A stretch of DNA of 57,848 nucleotides from Catajapyx aquilonaris (lineage: Eukaryota): the NCBI GenBank assembly GCA_000934665.2, contig JYFJ02002389.1, positions 1-57,848 of the forward strand. The letters are read 5' to 3'. Below, piece by piece: positions 50,224 to 57,848 of the stretch. Every line of letters starts with the position of its first letter. Position 1 is the stretch's first letter. Below the pieces are notes generated by a model. It did not search any database, was not told the DNA's origin, and saw nothing but the letters and a program-made list of their open reading frames with translations. The translations under genes and the position numbers were made by a program.

Positions 50224-51167
50224 ATGAGTCTTTCTGGATACAAGAACTCAGGTAAGTTGTTTCAGTGTATGTACCCACACACCACCACCACCACCACCAT
50301 GAATAAAAGAGCAGGTTATATAATAATTGTCTTGTTGGGCGTAATCAGGAACTGCTCGTAAATTAGCAGCTAAAGGCCCATCCCCTCTTCGATTGCCTTT
50401 AACAAATTTGCCTTGGCTTAGAGGATTCGATTAAGGCACTTCCGCCGCCTTTCTAACCACAAAAAATTTCACAATCCCATTTGGTGTGGGAAGCGGAAAT
50501 TACGTCTCCTCACCTTTTGCTAGCATAATGAAGTAACTAATAACGACTTCAATCTATATGTGGTCCATTGAGAAGGAAAACCAAGAAGGTCAAGGTTAGG
50601 ACGGATTTTACAAATGCCAAAATATGATTTGACAGTGTGCTGCAAATGGTACGTGACACTGGTGATGGTGTCCATGGCACTGATGGTGGCCGGAGACAAC
50701 TCACAGTTCTTCCTGAAGACTTCCAAGAGCATCCCTCGCATGGGCCGTCGCGGTGACCCTAATGCCCAAGAACCTGTGTCACCTTTCTTCCTCAAGACCA
50801 GCAAATCGATCCCCCGACTAGGTCGTCGAGGTCAGCCGGAATGGCCACTGAACCAGGTACCTCCATTGCAACATTGTCGACACTTCTTGCACAATTTTGC
50901 ATTTTGTGGGAGGACATGGACTCATGCGAATCCCTACTGTGGGGTCTTACATACGCTCGTGTATACCTCGTATCAAGTCACTACAGTGTATTTTTATATT
51001 AGGATTCGCAGGAAGGACAGGCTCCGTCAGAAGAATTGGTTCTAACTTCAATGCAAGATATTCCTCCAGCTATCCGAGACAGACTCCTGACTCTGCTGTC
51101 TAATACAGAGGACAACAACAACAACAGTAACAACGGCAACAACAGGGGAATCTGGTGGATGGGATGA
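50224..51167 (+). CDS. ETH: Ecdysis-triggering hormone precursor (about 137 aa, two paracopies)
   Basis: Exons 50224-50251, 50636-50856, 51003-51167: signal MSLSGYKNSVCCKWYVTLVMVSMALMVAG, DNSQFFLKTSKSIPRM-G-RR (50695-50742), GDPNAQEPVSPFFLKTSKSIPRL-G-RR (50752-50820), then an acidic tail. FFLKxxKxxPRx-amide is the ETH consensus. AATAAA at 51428-51433. The middle exon is secure; the flanking exons are less so. Confidence 0.92.
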
Positions 51168-52844
51168 AGGACGAAATGCGACCAACTGTGGTGGTGGGAT
51201 CAACTGTAGTTTATTTATCAGAAACCCAATTGCGTTAATACGGAAATAGCGGTGTTTGAAATGTAATAATTTATTCCAGCCGGATATTCTCAAGCGTTAG
51301 TTTCATGACGTTCCATAACTTATGCGGCATTTTGTCATGGAATTTTTCTCTTTAGCGGTGCTAGTGAAGCATGGTATTTACGCCAGTATTAAAACTATAC
51401 CTTCATTGTCAATCATCAACTCATTCAAATAAATTGCATATATAAAATTTGCGTTTTATTTAAACAGCTCCATTTGTGGCTAATTTAAAGCAGCGTTGGA
51501 AAAGGTATCAAATTGCATGTCTTGTCCCTGGAAATGAACTTGTCGCATAAATAAATTAACTATCAAATTTTGTTCAACCCCTGAAAGCAGAACTTGGAAA
51601 AATATTTGACCCAATAACAGGCAATTGGGGCCTATTTGGCATTTTTTGGTATGCTTTTTGAGCAATTTCGGGGCATTTTGGGTATATTATGGACCTATTC
51701 CTTCAGAGGCATCTTTGTTTTTTTTTTGCCGAGTATTTTTTGTGCTCCTGAAAGCTCATTCAGAAGTAATACGACACAGTTTCACTAATGAAAGTCTAGA
51801 AAAATGCCTGTGCAAGTGGAAATGGGCTATAAGCGGTATAGAGTCCAGAACTAGTGATATACTTGCTTGGGCTTTGTCTTTTTCTCACGTTTTGTGATTA
51901 TCTGTCAGTTATTTTTTGTTATTCGGTTTTTGCTCTGGTTTGTGACCTTATATTTCATACTTTAGGCATATAAAATTTTTTCTAGCTTTTTGATTTTCTG
52001 TACCATTATTCTCTGTACACCTGCAAAAGCAAGGTTTTTGTGCCTAATTGAGGTTTTTTCGATTATATTTCAGGGTTTATTTGCGCATATTTCAGACTGT
52101 TTTCTTGCCTAAAAATACAGGCTTTACTACTTATCCTCCTGAGACCCGAGAAGTATTGAGTAACGCAATGTCAATTCCTACTGCATTTTTTTCTGAACAT
52201 TTTCCCAATAAAAAGTGTGAAAAAATTATGGTTCGAAAATATTGACAAAAATAATGACAAACAACCAATGAGAACATTAGGACCCAATTGCTGCTACAAA
52301 AGAAAAATGGATGAAAGCTGACAATTTAAATGCCACTCAATGGATCACTTACATAGTGCTCTATCCCCCAAACAAAGTTTTAAAAATTCATTTGTGGAAT
52401 ACGTGGTTGAAATTAGTATCAGAAGACAATATATTAAGATAAACTGCAATTCTTTTTGAATGCCACCACTCCAGGTATGGGGATTGCTCCTTCTCTGCTT
52501 ACCTCCTAGCATGGTACCTCGTTATTCTAGATTTTCAAACTGAACTGTAGTGCAAAGCACACTTCCTTGTGGGTGTACAGGTTCAGGCATTTAAAGAAAA
52601 GTCACAGCCTATTCAGCTGAAAAAACTTTTTTTTTCGAATGTCCATTTAAATGGGCATTTGGTCTCAGGAAGAAAATAAAAACCCCAGTTCTCGACAGCA
52701 ACAAAGATTGTCACATAGCCTACACATCTTTTCGTATTTCATAATGCACATTCCTTGCGAATCCCAGGACATTCACTGATTGACGAAAATCGCTCTCTAT
52801 AAATATGAGTAAAAAAATAAAACTTATCAGATGAGCGCCTATAT

Positions 52845-52932
52845 AATTTAATAACTCATGAAAATGGCGTATGCCGCTGCTGAAGCTATAGCTTCAGCAG
52901 CGGCATACGCCATTTTCATGAGTTATTAAATT
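52845..52932. repeat. Perfect 88-bp spacerless palindrome
   Basis: aatttaataactcatgaaaatggcgtatgccgctgctgaagcta|tagcttcagcagcggcatacgccattttcatgagttattaaatt. Confidence 0.95.
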
Positions 52933-53317
52933 TTCGCGGCCAAAGTCAGATATTCGACACTAGGTGGCTACACATATTGAGGCCAGATTGTAATCATGGG
53001 ATAGCAACAGATTACAGTTCTGTTGTCATCACTATAGTTGGCGCCAAAAAGTTTTTTTCCTGATGTCGACAACATCAGGTCTCTGGAGGCTATTATGAGT
53101 ACAGCAATTCCCGCCGGTACTGTGTTCCACGACGGATCTACGAAAAGACTGTAAAAAAATAATAAATGTGACAAGAAAATTCGAAATCTATAGGCAGCTT
53201 ACAAAATTGGATGGACAAAATTGATGGGCAATAATCTCAATATTATTGAGCTTATTGCCCATCCATTCGAAGATAAGCTCTGAGCTTCGCCATAGGTATA
53301 TGTCTTGAAAAGGGGGT

Positions 53318-53477
53318 TATGTGCTGTTCCCCAGGAGGTTAGGTTGCCAGACACCTCCACGGTGCAGGTCAGAGACCCTCCTGACGCAGGTGAAAGGGAA
53401 CTCCCAGGCGGGGAGCGAACCTGGGACCTTTCACTCAGCCAGCCGAGACGTTACCATCTGGGCCACAGCACCTCCCC
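53318..53477 (-). mobile_element. tRNA-derived SINE, family 1 (second copy)
   Basis: Aligns with 4912-5074 (ccccaggaggNtaggttgccagacacctcc...gacgcaggtgaaagg...gccgagacgtta). Confidence 0.8.
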
Positions 53478-54324
53478 GCAGGTCACCTATTAATATTAAT
53501 AATTTGACATTTCCTAACAGTGGAATATAATAAGAACTTTATAATGTGCATTAAAAGCCCATAAAATTGTGAAAAAAGTAAATATGTTTGGAGAAAAACC
53601 CATTCCAAGTAATCAGTAATTGCAAAATGGCCTTCCCAAAGCTGCGTTGGCCTTTGCATTAGAAGATTGTGGTAAGGGTAAATTTTAAAAACACAATTAG
53701 AAGCTAACCGTTTTACTGCAAAATATTAATGATACAGGTCAAATCTCGTTACAACGAAACCGGCGGGAGAGGGCAAATGTTTTCCTAATAATAACGAAAT
53801 TTCGTTACGTTGAGATAGGTTATTTTTATTTCCCCTGCCACCAGTATGTCCGAATCTGTCAACTTCTGGCATGTGCGTCATACCTGATTTTCAGACAACC
53901 CAGTTCACAACTGCATCAGGTATACTATCAATCTCGTTGAACCATTCGCAATGATTAATTGTAACCAGGAACCTCCCATTAAATGTGCATAATAAATGTT
54001 TCGAGCAGTCGGCATTATGATTAAGTTATTATGTTTTCTTTTAACTGATCCATGTTCATATTTTTAGATACTTTTTTTGGCAATTTTTAATCCTTCATTT
54101 TGTACTCGTCAACACTGCAGGATTGTAGGTGAGCGCTTCCTGCACATATACTCGAGCAGAGTTAGTTATCTTTTCTTCATATTAATTTCTTCACATCAAT
54201 TTATTATTGGCTCTCGCAGCGATCCACAAGTATTTTTTTCAATAGAGCAGGATTTTATCTATGACAAGTTTTAAGCGCCCTAAAAACAATGTGTAGGCCC
54301 TATGCATGGTATACACAGCAAATT

Positions 54325-55415
54325 GTGTACTGCATTGTACTAACTAATAGATCAAAAACTTTCCCTTCAGTAAAAAAAAGAGAAGTAAGACCTCCGCGGC
54401 GGAATGAAAGTACTGAAACAAGGCAGGCGCACGTAAGACCTTCACCAATAAGGGGTTAGTGCCATAACGTGCTAAGCCACACTTTTGTGTTTTTTGAGCT
54501 TGCACGTGTCTGAAAGTCCCACCATCGTGCTTCACAAGTGGGCATCACGTAGTTAGAAAAATTCCCCATAGATCACGAGAAAATCACGAATAATGTTCCT
54601 TGTTTTGTATGATTTGCCATATTAAGTCAAACTTTTGAAAGCCCATATCTCAGAATGAAGGTTTTGTGGCTTAGCCCATTATGGCACTAACCCATTCTAT
54701 TGATTTAAGCTGTACCATAGGTCTTACTCAAGCAATTACCAATTTACTATTCATGAAATCTTCTTTCTGAACACAAATTTGTGGAATTTCTGTCGTACTA
54801 CTAGTTACTTCTAACTTAGCAGTACCAGTGTAGTGCAATGGTACCGCTAAGTTAGCAGTAACTACAGACTTATAGTTAATAGTAATAGTAGTAGTACGAA
54901 AATTCCACCCATTCATTTTCCATGAGCCACTCCATATTAGCGTTTTATGAAATATTAGGAACTTCAATATTAAGCACCTTGATTTTCTATGCGATTGGTG
55001 CGAATTATTGCCATGAAACATTCATGCAGAATCGGCACCCCTTTTAGATGCTGATTTTAACTCTCACGTTTAATTTTTCACATGTAAACGTTAATTGGAG
55101 AATTTTAGAGGGTCTTTTCCGATTGGGCCAAGTCTGTTAGAATGGGTTTAGTTTTTCCCCCATTTTTTTTCTTTTCATAATAAAATCCTACCTACTGCTC
55201 TGAGTAGTTTGCAACAGTCATTTTACGAGACGTTCCATACCGTACCTGAGAATTGCTTGAGTAAGACCTATGGTACAGCTTAAATCAATTGGTGAAGGTC
55301 TTAGGTGCGCCTGCCTTGTTTTAGTACTTTCATTCCGCCGCGGAGGTCTTACTTTTCTTTTTTTTACTGAAGGGAAAGTTTTTGATCTAATTTCAGTTCT
55401 TTTTTGACAGTACAC
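54325..55415. mobile_element. About 1.1-kb non-autonomous element with about 140-bp TIRs, left TIR interrupted
   Basis: 54348-54449 plus 54699-54737 together mirror 55251-55390; outer ends gtgtactg / cagtacac. Confidence 0.8.
54452..54694. mobile_element. MITE nested within the left TIR of the larger element
   Basis: TIR gggttagtgccataacgtgctaagccaca / tgtggcttagcccattatggcactaaccc. Confidence 0.7.
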
Positions 55416-55582
55416 GTAACTTATGCTCTACACTATACAGTCTGCACTATGAATCCATTGGAGACGATTTTCGTCGCTTAGAAGTCCCTAAAATTATTTT
55501 CACAGAGATAGTCGTAAAAAAACGAAAGTCGAGTGCTACCAGCCAACGGTTAGTCTGATTTAATTAGTCTGGCTTAATAGTA

Positions 55583-56022
55583 CAGTTGAATCCGGATAAA
55601 ACAAACTTCAAGAGACTGCGGAAAAAGTATGTTATAACCGAGGTCTGTTATAGCCGAATCGTCACGCAACGAAAACATAAATTTCTGATTTCAGTATGGC
55701 TGTAGGCTACTATGCACTATACTAGACACCATACTGATTAATGAAATCTGTCACAAATGCAATATTGGCTGACCCGAAAATTATGCAGGACCAAATTATC
55801 CGAAATTTCCTTCTGCCGTCTCCTTTTTGCATTTTATACCTGGAAAACAATAGTGTATTTTCCCACTGAGGGTCCAAGAAATGGTCTGTTAAACCCGAGG
55901 TGAGGTGAAAATGAGTATGTTATATCAGGAGTGAAAATACACAGTGCCTAATGGAAGCATGACGGGACGGCCTTTATAACCAAGTCTGTTATAGCCGAGG
56001 CTGTTATATCCGGATTCAACTG
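55583..56022. mobile_element. pogo/Tigger-type MITE (440 bp)
   Basis: TA|CAGTTGAATCCGGATA ... TATCCGGATTCAACTG|TA with sub-terminal tgttataNccga repeats. Confidence 0.9.
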
Positions 56023-57255
56023 TAAATCTGTAATAAGTGCAATGCGTTCACACCAGCGCAGCGGCAGGGTAACATTTGGCTAATAACAATATGGCGAGGT
56101 GGTAAATAAGTATTGACGTTTCTAGGTGATGGCGTCATGAACAAATGAAGTAATGACAGAAATATTGAGAGGTAAAAAAATCCCAGCTCCAATCCTGTAG
56201 CAGTGGGAACTGTGATATTTTGAACATAGATCCGCACCATCCCACTGCACCTTCGGCCCTTTGATGAAGGAACCGAATTCCGAATAGTTATTGAGCAAAA
56301 AAATAGAGACATATTTTTTGGTGGTTTTAAATTTTTTGCGGCGTTTTGAAGAGGAATTGAGTTTAGTCGTAAATGGTAGGAATGCACTTCACGACGGTAG
56401 GCATCTGTGTTAAAAATGTGGAAGCTCTAACAGCAGAACTTGAGTTAGGGCGAATAAAAAAAGCGTAACAACAACAACAAGAAGAAGATGTTGAAGAAAT
56501 TCGTTGTTGAAATCTATGCTACGGTCTTACTAAGGGGCTATCGCCCCTTAAATGTACATAATGCAGTACACAATGTGCATTTTTTTAAAATCGCAACGCT
56601 GTGTACCATGGATACACGTTGCTTTTGAGAGAGTAGGCCTACCCCTTGAAGTATCAGTTCGAGAGTAACATCCTGTGATGATGGGGGTGGCGTACTGCAG
56701 ACAGAATAATTTGGGAACATGCGCAGTTTCTTATCATTATTTGTTTGTTTTTGACAAGTGTGAGAGTCGATGCTCTTCATGTATGGGAATCTATTATTTT
56801 CTTCTAGTAGACATGTCCCTTTTAGGCCTTCTGTAGCAGGTATAGGGTGGCCATTTCCAAATCTTCAGAAAGAAGGACACAGCTGGTAGGTATATCGTAT
56901 ATGTTTTATACAGTACAATACATTGTGTGACCCATGACCTCGGGTCACACCCTGACTAGCTCAGTAACGCAGGTTCAGTTGGAGAAAAGATATCAGACTG
57001 TGAGACTGGGAGAAAAGGGTGGAAGAAGTGGCGGGGAAAACTGGAAAAGCAGCGAAAATAATGGTTTCTGATAACATACTGTATAATGAATATACCTTTT
57101 TTACTTGATATAACTGAAACACAATTTTTTTACTTATTAGCACACTAATAAGGCTTAAAAATGTAACCTAAATCAAATATTTTATGGTGATTGTTGAATT
57201 TTGTGGCGCCCTTTCTTTACAATAAGTACATGCTGGAGAGAGTGTCAGTATCGAA

Positions 57256-57325
57256 GTAGCGCAGTGGTCTAGTGGTTAAGACTCTCTCTTCGTAACCTGA
57301 AGGTTGAAGGATCGAATCCTGAAAT
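57256..57325 (+). pseudogene. Degenerate tRNA-like SINE head
   Basis: A box TGGTCTAGTGG, B-box-like GGATCGAATCC; stems do not pair properly. Confidence 0.45.
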
Positions 57326-57456
57326 GAAGACGGCGTTTCTTTTTATCGCTATGGACCTTTCCCGCTGTTACTTCATCTCTCATTTCACATTTATTTCTCT
57401 TTTAAGTGCATCTGGTAAATAGGCTAGACCCTTCCAACACTCACACTCTCGTTGCA

Positions 57457-57530
57457 GCATAGCGTGGCTGTGTGGTAACGCATCAGACTCTCAATCGGGA
57501 GATGTGGGTTCAAATCCCTTGTCTCCTTGG
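57457..57530 (+). pseudogene. Degenerate tRNA-like SINE head
   Basis: A-box-like TGGCTGTGTGG, B box GGTTCAAATCC; acceptor stem broken. Confidence 0.45.
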
Positions 57531-57848
57531 TTGAGAGTCAGAAAAAAAAATTTGCAGCCGCCATCTCTGGCCAAGATGGCGACTGTTCCTTCGCAGTTTC
57601 CCCAACACTTTCTTCAGAGGTGTCGGAGGAGCAGCGAAGAGGAGCAGCGAAGAGGGGGAGAGGGGTGGAGAGGGGGAGGAAAGGGGGGAGGGGAGAAAAG
57701 ATTTTTTGAAATTTCTAAGACACCTGCTTAATGGGAGGGGGCGGTCACTTTTTTCGAAGAAAAAAGTCTGAAATTTAATCATTCAAAAATTCCGGTTTGT
57801 GTGGGCCATCGTACTCCAGTCGTCCAGAGAGGCAGACAATGAGATAGT

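Noticed and set aside
50614..51045. 143-aa single-exon ORF as the ETH precursor
   Set aside because: Its start (MPKYDLT) and its tail after 50856 are better explained as intron: acceptor ttgacag at 50635, donor cag|gtacct at 50856.

Overview
Eukaryotic (arthropod) genomic DNA, AT-rich and dense in non-autonomous transposable elements; nothing prokaryotic and no CRISPR. Genes were reconstructed by hand from GT-AG junctions and reading-frame continuity. (1) A tandem array of an orphan 4-exon gene encoding acidic, repeat-containing proteins: two complete copies (2052-8290 and 10933-13179) plus the last exon of a third at the window start. (2) A type II membrane M1 aminopeptidase N (39576-46086, about 988 aa, GAMEN and HELAH motifs) with a pair of apparently mutually exclusive penultimate exons and a possible first coding exon 24 kb upstream. 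(3) A SIFamide precursor on the minus strand (72 aa). (4) An ecdysis-triggering hormone precursor on the plus strand (about 137 aa, two ETH paracopies), head-to-head with SIFamide and ending in a possible extra amidated peptide, GIWWM-amide. The rest is MITEs (hAT, pogo/Tc1, piggyBac, Sola-like, foldback types), tRNA-derived SINEs, Helitron-like ends, long palindromes and microsatellites, several of them nested. No searches were run; family assignments come from motif recognition only.
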